A DNA stretch of 34,326 nucleotides, taken from contig JAJOLC010000019.1 of the NCBI GenBank assembly GCA_021129655.1, forward strand, positions 1 through 34,326, read 5' to 3'. Positions within the stretch are counted from its first letter, which is position 1, and every line of letters begins with the position of its first letter. The position numbers were made by a program, and so were the translations under genes. Shown piece by piece: positions 27,114 to 34,326 of the stretch. Below the pieces are notes generated by a model. That model was not told the DNA's origin. It saw only the letters and a program-made list of their open reading frames with translations, and made no database searches. The stretch comes from Minisyncoccota bacterium (lineage in GTDB: Bacteria; Patescibacteriota; Minisyncoccia; Phycocordibacterales; UBA918).

Positions 27114-28086
27114 AAGCCATTTTTAGATTAGCGCGAATATCCTCTTCTTTCATACCACTGTTCTTCCCCACCACGATTGTCCTAACGTTAGCTGCCGACT
27201 GCTTGCACTGCAAGTAATAGAGAACTAACGATGCTGATGAGAACATGTCAAAACTTGCTTGCCTGGACAAAGTCAAAATATATTCAGCGGACCGTGCATC
27301 GATACGAGTAGTATTTCCAGTTTCCTCGTAATACTCGATTGCATCAGACCAGAAGTCTGCACCATCAAGTTTAGACAATGCTTGGAAAATTTGGTCTTTA
27401 GTTTCCATTTCTTCAGCCTGAAACGTTCCACCAGTTATGAAAGTAGGAGTGGTATCTGAGTGTTTATGTTCAATAGTTCGGAGACGACCCTTTACATTGA
27501 ACATATCAATTACAGCTTTGAAATACTTTTTAATAAAAGCATCGGAAGAAGCTGTAACAATGCGTTCTGAAGTAGCAAAATAAACAGCGTCAAATATACC
27601 GTCTACTTTGTTAATTTCTCCAGCCGCTACTACTCGTACTGCTTCATCGTAGGCAACCTGCCAGTCAGACTGTAGTCGATTCAAAGTACCTGCCTCAGCG
27701 TGTGAATGTAGGTACTCAGGATCATATGAACCTCGCTTAGAAACATAAGGCTTACAATCTTCCAATGAGTAACCCTTGGCTGTAGCTTTAGCAAACACTC
27801 GCAAGTTGTGAATGTCGTACTGAACCCACAACACTCGGAACATATCTCCAGCTGGGGCAATTCGATGAATCAGCTTTTTTGCATCTATCAAAGTGTGCTC
27901 GATACCATCAGCGATATCTTCTGAATCAACTCTAGCTACAAATGGAGCTAAGTATGTCTCCTTCAGAGCAGACTCAAGGTCATCGCCTGGTTCTGCTACC
28001 AGTAGACGCTCAATATCCGTCTTAGTCAGCAGGTACTGAGTCAAGGTATTTACACGACTTGTGCTGTAAATAAACGGAGTATGCAT
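27100..28086 (-). CDS. ntpC: V/A-type ATPase subunit C (d)
   Basis: YSTSRV..L...LL, YDIHNL, IDMFN, NVRTIVVGK; 328 aa; operon position. Confidence 0.88.
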   Translation of the reverse strand: MHTPFIYSTSRVNTLTQYLLTKTDIERLLVAEPGDDLESALKETYLAPFVARVDSEDIADGIEHTLIDAKKLIHRIAPAGDMFRVLWVQYDIHNLRVFAKATAKGYSLEDCKPYVSKRGSYDPEYLHSHAEAGTLNRLQSDWQVAYDEAVRVVAAGEINKVDGIFDAVYFATSERIVTASSDAFIKKYFKAVIDMFNVKGRLRTIEHKHSDTTPTFITGGTFQAEEMETKDQIFQALSKLDGADFWSDAIEYYEETGNTTRIDARSAEYILTLSRQASFDMFSSASLVLYYLQCKQSAANVRTIVVGKNSGMKEEDIRANLKMAYVNE

Positions 28087-28087
28087 T

Positions 28088-28657
28088 TTAGTTGAGTACC
28101 ATATTAACCACTTTCATCTCTATCTTGTCTCGCTTCTCATCGAATAGTCGATTTAATGTCACATCGTAAACACCGTCCTTGGCATGAGCGATAAAACCAG
28201 AAGTAATACCGGCCTGCACTTCCACCTTAGTGGTGATATTGAGAGTACTTAACAATGTTTCTGTTTCAGACACTCGAGCTTCGGGTGCATAAACTACTAT
28301 TAGTTCAGCTTCCTTTGGCATAATTTGAGAAGCTTGTTCACTGTAGAAAGCCACGTACTTTTCTGCCGACAGTCCGAGTAGTGATTCTTCAACCTCAGCA
28401 AATAGAACATCGATTTGTTCTCTTTTAGCTGTTTGCAAAGCAATCTTTCCAGCCTGCTTAGCTTGTGACACTGCCACTAGCTCTAGATGTGATTGTTGTT
28501 TTTTTACAGACACTTTGTGAGTCTGATTCAATTCAGCAACAGCTGCTTCAGTCTCACGCTGAATCTGCTCAACCTCAGCCTTAGCTTTAGTTGTTATTAC
28601 AAACACTTTCTCTGCAGTATCTTGTTCGATTTTTTCTATCAGCGTGTTTTGAGACAT
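28088..28657 (-). CDS. ntpE: V/A-type ATPase subunit E
   Basis: Coiled-coil N-terminus (LIEKIEQD), C-terminal SGFI...G.YDVT; position between K and C. Confidence 0.82.
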   Translation of the reverse strand: MSQNTLIEKIEQDTAEKVFVITTKAKAEVEQIQRETEAAVAELNQTHKVSVKKQQSHLELVAVSQAKQAGKIALQTAKREQIDVLFAEVEESLLGLSAEKYVAFYSEQASQIMPKEAELIVVYAPEARVSETETLLSTLNITTKVEVQAGITSGFIAHAKDGVYDVTLNRLFDEKRDKIEMKVVNMVLN

Positions 28658-28667
28658 GAAAGTTTAA

Positions 28668-29150
28668 TTAACCTGCAATTGAAATAAGTAGGATGAAGCT
28701 GATTAGAACTCCGAAGATAGCCCATGTTTCCACCATTACGGACAGAACGATAGCCTTACCCATGTTGCTTTCGTCTTTTGCAATCATTGAGATACCTGCT
28801 GCTGCTACGATTCCCTGGAACATACCTGAGAAGTAACCAGCTACGCCGATAGGGATTCCAGCCATAAGATACTGAAGACCTGTTGCAGTATCAATCATTA
28901 CTACTCCATCTGCTCCTAGGACTCCTGAGAAATTAAGAATCAAGAAGGCTCCCACTAGACCATAAATACCCTGTGAACCTGGAAGTGCCTGCATAAGAAG
29001 CATCTTTCCGAAAAGCTGTGGCTTTTCACCAAGCACTCCGGCCGCTGCTTGTCCTGCGTGCCCCATTCCGATTGCTGAGCCACTGAATCCGAGAGCGGCT
29101 GCAATTGCTGCTCCTGCGAAAACCAACCCTACTCCAATTAATGTTTCCAT
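28668..29150 (-). CDS. ntpK: V/A-type ATPase rotor subunit K (four helices, Na+-type signature)
   Basis: GSAIG, QALPGSQGIYG, SGMFQG, MVETWA; aligns by eye with E. hirae NtpK (LLPGTQGLYG, SGIAQG, MVETYA). Confidence 0.94.
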   Translation of the reverse strand: METLIGVGLVFAGAAIAAALGFSGSAIGMGHAGQAAAGVLGEKPQLFGKMLLMQALPGSQGIYGLVGAFLILNFSGVLGADGVVMIDTATGLQYLMAGIPIGVAGYFSGMFQGIVAAAGISMIAKDESNMGKAIVLSVMVETWAIFGVLISFILLISIAG

Positions 29151-29216
29151 AATACTTTTGTTATTTAATGTTTATTTGACTAATTATTTATAAATCTACC
29201 TCTCCCCTAACAACGG

Positions 29217-31175
29217 TCAATCGTCTCCGACCGTGACATATTTTTCTGTGCGGGAGAGTGGAGCAAACTGCTTGCCGGTACCGGCGATAAATTTACCAAA
29301 GAACTCTACGAACTGCAATCGAGCACTATGAATGAATGCTCCTAGAGTATTTACCATTAGAGTAAACAAGTGTCCAACTACCAATACCACAATCGATATA
29401 ACGGTCCCAACGTAAGGAATAGATTCGGCTACAATCTCTGCGATTAGATTAACGGCAAAGGCTAGAGCTGTTGTAGCTAGTCCTAGAGCCAACAGACGTG
29501 AGTAAGACAGGATATCTGAGAAGTACCCAATACTGTTATATAGACTCAAGGCTGCGCTTTGCACCTTCTGTAGAACAGTCTCACCCTTACGACCACTAGC
29601 CATAATAATTAAAGCAATACCTACGTATATAAGATTAGTGATGTTTGCTAATGGAAGAATGTCTACGTAACCAATGCTTGTCAAAAGATACAGAATACCA
29701 ATCATAAACATTAACAACCATGGACCTTGATCTAATATACCTTCCATTAGCTTGTCGTTCTTATAGTCGCTGTAAATCTTGATGACCATACCAGTCATAA
29801 CTTGTACTACACCAAGAGATAGAGCTAGGTAGAATACTGGCAAAGGGTCACCAATTGGGTCGAACAACTGAATCGCCAGTAAGAAATCTGGTAGAGCTTC
29901 TGGGGATATACCCAAATAACCACCAAACAGTAGCCCAACCAAAGCTGAACCAAGACCCATAAATAAGAGCAATTTTGCAAATACTCTTATCTCGTTCGAC
30001 ACCTTAAACATAGTCAAAACCATGATTGCTACCCCCATCAAGAAAACTCCGTATCCAACATCAGTTAGTGAAAGTCCGAAAAACAGAAAGAAAAAACCAG
30101 CCAAAAATACAGTTGGATCCAAGTCTCTATGCCCAGGCATACCATAAAGTCGAGTAATGGCTTCGAACGGTTGAATGAAAGCTGAGTTTTGGATTTCTAC
30201 AGGAGGCGCCTCGTCTTCTTCTGTCTCAATATCAAACATTGTCGCGGCAATGTCTCCAGACTTAAATTCAGACTCAATTTGATTTCGTTTATTCTTGTTT
30301 ATCCAACCGGTAAACAGAACGGATGATTTAGTTGCTACTGCCGATTCAACTACCGCAAACCGTTCTCTTTGCCAAGCTAATATTTCTGAAGCGATTCTTA
30401 ATGCTCGGACATGTGTAATTGAGAAATGCTCGGCCTGATCGTGCAGCAAAGCCAGTTCTCCCTTAGCAGTTGAAAGCGCTTGTTCAGCTGCTGTAATCTC
30501 AACTTCTGCTGTCTCTACTCCAGTGGGAGCTGCTGACTCTTCAGTTGTACTCGCGTTTAGTAGTTGTTGTAACTTAGACAAATCCTCAGACCGGACCGTC
30601 ACAGCTGCCAAGTTGTCTGACACAACTGTAAGCTGGTTCGGTAATTCTTCAGTAGTGAAAATTTCTGATAGATATCCAGCCAACGGTTCAGTTTCGGTAG
30701 CCTGTTCAGACTCAACTAAGACAGTATTTGTAAGCCCTGTTTTAAGTGCAGCGAGCTTGATTGGTAAGGCTTTCCACTTAACCAGTAGTTCACGCTGAAC
30801 TGTTAATGTTCGCAACTCCTCATTCTTATCAGCGAACTCAACTTGCAACCGCTCCAAGTCCTCTACGATTTCAGCAATAATTGCGGTGTCTGCCAGTTTT
30901 TCAGATACGTCGTCTTCGGTCATCTCAACTCGAGTACCTTCTCGCAGTGATTTCCACAATTTTACTTTAGGAGCATATGGCTCAAGAAAACCTAGCGCGT
31001 GCTGAACACGAGGCAATAACTGAGCATGAGGAAACTCCAATTGTGGGGCAGAAGTATTTTCCACTTCAACCTCTTTAAATTCGAAGGCTCCGGTCTTTTG
31101 AATACTATTCAGCGCAGCATCAACATCAGTCGCATGGACCAATAGACGCACCTTTTGCATGGGGACTATAGCCAT
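29217..31175 (-). CDS. ntpI: V/A-type ATPase subunit I (a)
   Basis: MAIVPMQKV, PFE.IT.LYG.P...DPT, DVGYG, SDILSYSRLLALGLAT (essential Arg), GH, FIHSARLQFVEFFGKF. Confidence 0.95.
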   Translation of the reverse strand: MAIVPMQKVRLLVHATDVDAALNSIQKTGAFEFKEVEVENTSAPQLEFPHAQLLPRVQHALGFLEPYAPKVKLWKSLREGTRVEMTEDDVSEKLADTAIIAEIVEDLERLQVEFADKNEELRTLTVQRELLVKWKALPIKLAALKTGLTNTVLVESEQATETEPLAGYLSEIFTTEELPNQLTVVSDNLAAVTVRSEDLSKLQQLLNASTTEESAAPTGVETAEVEITAAEQALSTAKGELALLHDQAEHFSITHVRALRIASEILAWQRERFAVVESAVATKSSVLFTGWINKNKRNQIESEFKSGDIAATMFDIETEEDEAPPVEIQNSAFIQPFEAITRLYGMPGHRDLDPTVFLAGFFFLFFGLSLTDVGYGVFLMGVAIMVLTMFKVSNEIRVFAKLLLFMGLGSALVGLLFGGYLGISPEALPDFLLAIQLFDPIGDPLPVFYLALSLGVVQVMTGMVIKIYSDYKNDKLMEGILDQGPWLLMFMIGILYLLTSIGYVDILPLANITNLIYVGIALIIMASGRKGETVLQKVQSAALSLYNSIGYFSDILSYSRLLALGLATTALAFAVNLIAEIVAESIPYVGTVISIVVLVVGHLFTLMVNTLGAFIHSARLQFVEFFGKFIAGTGKQFAPLSRTEKYVTVGDD

Positions 31176-31181
31176 GACTTA

Positions 31182-31484
31182 TTATTTAAAGTTCTGCTTA
31201 ATTACTTTAAGTACTTCTTCTTTACTATCGGCAAACTTTTTTTTCACAGCAGTAACATTGTCTGTTGTTTCAACATCAATCTTACCTGTCATGTCAGCGA
31301 CATGCTTTTCATATTCTTTGAGAGCAGCTTTTCCGGCTTCATCTAACTTTTTTCCTTCAGACTCTAGCCGTAAAGATTTTTCTTCACGAGCTGCAGTTAC
31401 AGAAGCAGCTGCTTCTGCTTTAGCAGTTTCAATCCCTGTTTCAGCCTCTTGTTCAGCTTTCAGTACTTCATCTAGAGCAGTCAT
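31182..31484 (-). CDS. V/A-type ATPase peripheral stalk subunit G/H
   Basis: 100-aa Ala/Glu/Lys coiled coil (LDEVLKAEQEAE..IE.AK.EA); first gene of the operon. Confidence 0.78.
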   Translation of the reverse strand: MTALDEVLKAEQEAETGIETAKAEAAASVTAAREEKSLRLESEGKKLDEAGKAALKEYEKHVADMTGKIDVETTDNVTAVKKKFADSKEEVLKVIKQNFK

Positions 31485-31513
31485 AATAGACGTGGAAAAT
31501 TAAATAAATATTG

Positions 31514-31618
31514 GCCACATAGCGAATAGCTATCTGTGGCATCTGCGCATAATTGAGAGTCGACAAAAGTCGATACACCTATGCGACTGCATACTACTAC
31601 GTTCATATACATCGTCAA
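31514..31618 (-). promoter_or_regulatory. ATPase operon promoter (TTGACG-16-TAGTAT) and two-hairpin 5' leader
   Basis: -35 at 31618-31613 and -10 at 31596-31591; hairpins at 31585-31546 and 31540-31514. Confidence 0.6.
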
Positions 31619-31712
31619 GGGGAATATCTGGATAACACCCCAAAATTCTATTTAAGCAACATTTAGCTGCACCCGCCAAGCAACTTGGAGTGATTTTGCT
31701 ATACTATTAAAC

Positions 31713-31796
31713 ATGAAAGTGATAATACTAGCGCTAGGGGGGTTCATACTCCTGCTGATGATTAACTCATTTTTAGGAGGAAATCCTTTAGGATAA
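31713..31796 (+). CDS. 27-aa hydrophobic small protein, probably leaderless
   Basis: MKVIILALGGFILLLMINSFLGGNPLG. The ATG is 7 nt after TGCTATACT and the stop is 4 nt before the truB ATG. Below the ORF-track size cut-off. Confidence 0.55.
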   Translation: MKVIILALGGFILLLMINSFLGGNPLG

Positions 31797-31800
31797 ACAC

Positions 31801-32610
31801 ATGACTGATAAATATTTATTATTGGACAAAAAGGTAGGAGAAACCCCCCTATCCTGCGCTGAAGACTGGAGAGCAGAACATCCTGAATTAAATGGTGTTT
31901 CTATGGCTTATGCTGGTCGATTAGACCCAATGGCCTCGGGTAAGCTTTTGATATTGCTTGGAGACGAGTGTAAGAAGCAAACTGACTATCACGGTTTAGA
32001 TAAGGCGTACAAATTTTCAGTCTTATTAGGAATTGAGTCTGATTCACTTGATGTATTAGGTAGACTGAAGACCTGCCCCACCTCTGATAAAGACGCTGCT
32101 AAAGAACTGAATGGAATTCTAAATTCCTTAACTGGAAAAATTGAACTTCCCTACCCACGCTTTTCTGCCAAAACAGTCCAAGGCAAACCTCTGCATACAT
32201 GGACCATGGAAAACCGACTAGACGAGATTGAAATACCAACCAAAGAATCAGAGATATATACACTTGAATTCGATAGAAAAGAAACCTTAACTAAAGAAGA
32301 CCTAGTCAAAAGTGCTCTAGAAAAAGTTAACTCAATACCGCCTGTTACAGAACTACGTAAAGCTCTTGGCAACGACTTTAGACGAGTTGATGTGCGTAAG
32401 GACTGGAACAATATCCTTAAGGATAATTCGCTTCCCGAAAATTTCGATATTGTTCACCTTAATTGCATCGCCTCATCTGGTACCTACATGAGGACCCTGG
32501 CGGGTATAATAGCCAAAAAACTAGGCACATGTGGCCTAGCCTGGAGTATTCATAGAGACACTATCGGAATCTACGATTCCCAAAATAGTAAGTGGATCAA
32601 AGAGTACTAG
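31801..32610 (+). CDS. truB: tRNA pseudouridine(55) synthase TruB-like, no C-terminal PUA domain
   Basis: LLDKKVGETP, YAGRLDPMASG (catalytic Asp), K.Y.F...LG.ESDSLD.LG, P.FSAK...GKPL, SSGTYMRTLA. Confidence 0.88.
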   Translation: MTDKYLLLDKKVGETPLSCAEDWRAEHPELNGVSMAYAGRLDPMASGKLLILLGDECKKQTDYHGLDKAYKFSVLLGIESDSLDVLGRLKTCPTSDKDAAKELNGILNSLTGKIELPYPRFSAKTVQGKPLHTWTMENRLDEIEIPTKESEIYTLEFDRKETLTKEDLVKSALEKVNSIPPVTELRKALGNDFRRVDVRKDWNNILKDNSLPENFDIVHLNCIASSGTYMRTLAGIIAKKLGTCGLAWSIHRDTIGIYDSQNSKWIKEY

Positions 32611-34325
32611 CTTTTTAGTTCTTCTACTTTTTCTAAATAGGCTTGAACAGCCAAGACAAACTCGGCATGACTCCACACTAGTGGTGACGTAGAAAGTTGT
32701 TCACGTGTATTAGGGTGCATCTGTTCGGCTAGTAGACCGCCATTATTGGCATGAGACCCAGTCCATTCAAGTAATTCTAGCGGGCGTTTCAAATCCTTTA
32801 ATGATTTTGCTTTATCAATATAATAACGAGCAATCCATAACGTAGTGATAACCCATGGATTTGGAGAATCAGCATCCTGCATCCGATAGTAAGCATCTCC
32901 CTCATAACGAACAAAGCCTTTACTGTTCTCTTGTACCTGCAAATCCTTTTCAACAGCTTTTACCATTTGGGTTATTTTTTCGTCTTCTACATCATAGACT
33001 CGGAACAAAAGTAAGCCATACAAACTACTGATATCTAGAGTATTGTCATACTCAAGCTCGTCATCGTCAGTATGAAGAACGTGTTTTACAAAAATTCCCT
33101 TCTTGTCGTCGAATAAGACTTTACCAATAGCTGTTTGCATTCTTTGAGCTATTGCTTGGTAGGTGCGTGAGGGTTCGTCTTTACCTAGTAAATTTGCAAA
33201 CTTTGCTGCTGCCATTAACCCGCCATAAACTGAAGCGGTGGTATAGGTTGAAGTACCGTACTTTTCTTCCCACAAGTCAAACGATGCTTGCGGTAATCCG
33301 GTAGTTGGCTCTATGTACTCACACATAAATTCTGCGGCTGGCTCGATAAAAGTATTGTAGAGAGATTCTACAAACTCAATGTCATGGTATTTCTCATAGT
33401 GTTCCCATAACATGAAAATAACACTGGCTGTTTCGTCCTCTTGAATTGGCAGTCTGGCTTCGCCGTTAATTATCCAAGGATGCCATGAACTACCAAGCAC
33501 TCCATCAGCTCGGTACTTGTGCATCAAGTAACCACTAGGGTCTAGTCTATCAGCGATAAAATTAAAGAATCGAACTGCCACATCTCGGTACCCAGCCTTA
33601 TCAAAAGTATGAGCAACAATTGCTCCGTCACGCGGCCAAACATAACTATAAGTGTCTCTACCGTGATGAAGCATATCGGTATCGCTAGAAGCAATAATTC
33701 CTCCTTCGTTATCAGTATGTACACGCATTACTATCAAAGAGCGTCTATATAGAGTTTGTAACTGTTCTGAAAGAATTGACAGGTCAGTCCGCTCTTTGTC
33801 GAGCCAAGCGTGCCAGTACGCCTCGGTAGAAGCAATTAGTCTTTCAGCACCATCATTGATGACCAGCTCATCTAACATGTGAGCTTCAACTATAGAGGAG
33901 CCGCAGGTAATCCAGTAGTAGGCGTCGTTAGAAGAATGCGCTGCAATCGAAAAAGAAAGCCCTAACACAGAGTCAACTGAACCATGTTCAATTGGATTCT
34001 TTTCAAGCACACCGTCGTTAGCATCCATATATGTACCCTCTTTACCCTCAATTCCAAATAGACCAATGTTGTATTCTTGAAAGGTCTGCTTGCCACTCAT
34101 AGCATTAATTAAGAAAGTGGTGTCACCTTTGTAGTGAACCAATGCGTTTACTCGTGGATCAAAGAAACCAGTATCGCCCCGCCTGGATTCAAAAATGCTA
34201 AATTGTTGTGCTAAAAATAATTTAACCTCTCGGGTTTTATCGCTTAAGTTGTGGACCGTAAAGTGTCGTAAGAAAATATTTTCTTCATTATGAACAGCAT
34301 CCCGACTAGCAATAGTTATACCTAG
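32607..34325 (-). CDS. Glycoside hydrolase family 15 (glucoamylase/trehalase-like); 5' end lies outside the window
   Basis: GGIIAS, YSYVWPRDG, QEDET, DLWEE (acid), RYEGDAY, NPWVITTLW, LAEQ (base), PLVWSHAEF. The frame stays open from 34142 to the window edge. Confidence 0.92.
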   Translation of the reverse strand, partial: LGITIASRDAVHNEENIFLRHFTVHNLSDKTREVKLFLAQQFSIFESRRGDTGFFDPRVNALVHYKGDTTFLINAMSGKQTFQEYNIGLFGIEGKEGTYMDANDGVLEKNPIEHGSVDSVLGLSFSIAAHSSNDAYYWITCGSSIVEAHMLDELVINDGAERLIASTEAYWHAWLDKERTDLSILSEQLQTLYRRSLIVMRVHTDNEGGIIASSDTDMLHHGRDTYSYVWPRDGAIVAHTFDKAGYRDVAVRFFNFIADRLDPSGYLMHKYRADGVLGSSWHPWIINGEARLPIQEDETASVIFMLWEHYEKYHDIEFVESLYNTFIEPAAEFMCEYIEPTTGLPQASFDLWEEKYGTSTYTTASVYGGLMAAAKFANLLGKDEPSRTYQAIAQRMQTAIGKVLFDDKKGIFVKHVLHTDDDELEYDNTLDISSLYGLLLFRVYDVEDEKITQMVKAVEKDLQVQENSKGFVRYEGDAYYRMQDADSPNPWVITTLWIARYYIDKAKSLKDLKRPLELLEWTGSHANNGGLLAEQMHPNTREQLSTSPLVWSHAEFVLAVQAYLEKVEELKS

Positions 34326-34326
34326 A

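Noticed and set aside
31619-31641. Imperfect palindrome GGGG-AA-TATC-TG-GATA-ACA-CCCC next to the ATPase -35
   Set aside because: It is short and interrupted, with no second copy seen; too weak to call an operator.
32607-32610. Overlapping stop codons of truB and GH15
   Set aside because: This is a common compact convergent arrangement with no sign of special function.
1-34326. CRISPR array, cas genes, rRNA or a recognisable defence system
   Set aside because: No regularly spaced repeats or matching proteins were seen. PIN-PhoH has no adjacent antitoxin, so it is not called a toxin-antitoxin pair.

Overview
Bacterial chromosomal window (standard code 11; TGA is used as a stop). Gene content and expression signals suggest a Patescibacteria/CPR (Parcubacteria-like) genome; this is an inference. 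The evidence is a stand-alone VirD4/HerA-like ATPase, an XRE-MurA fusion, a degenerate PriA, compact TruB, few Shine-Dalgarno sites and many extended -10 boxes right next to start codons. Order: partial hypothetical gene, VirD4/TraG-like ATPase, mreB, divergent XRE-HTH::murA, priA-like, def, fmt, hpf, glutaredoxin, csp; an accessory/stress stretch (secreted Cys protein, PIN-PhoH, Crp/Fnr-like, DUF1059-like, yaaA, GlcG/HbpS, frameshifted sulP, tsaC, unannotated HIT pseudogene); tRNA-Asn with duplicated ends and a structured tRNA-derived element; mutM, FIST-kinase-receiver, ung; a complete 9-gene V/A-type ATPase operon whose K subunit has the Na+-binding signature, with a structured leader and an inserted palindromic element; a 27-aa leaderless sORF, truB and a partial GH15. 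Best leads: (1) the XRE-MurA fusion with a perfect 16-bp palindrome over its own -10, divergent from mreB; (2) the tRNA-Asn-associated sense/antisense element; (3) a NosP-like FIST two-component module placed between two base-excision glycosylases; (4) the Na+-type V-ATPase with candidate cis-regulatory RNAs. All functional calls come from motif recognition by eye; no database searches were run.
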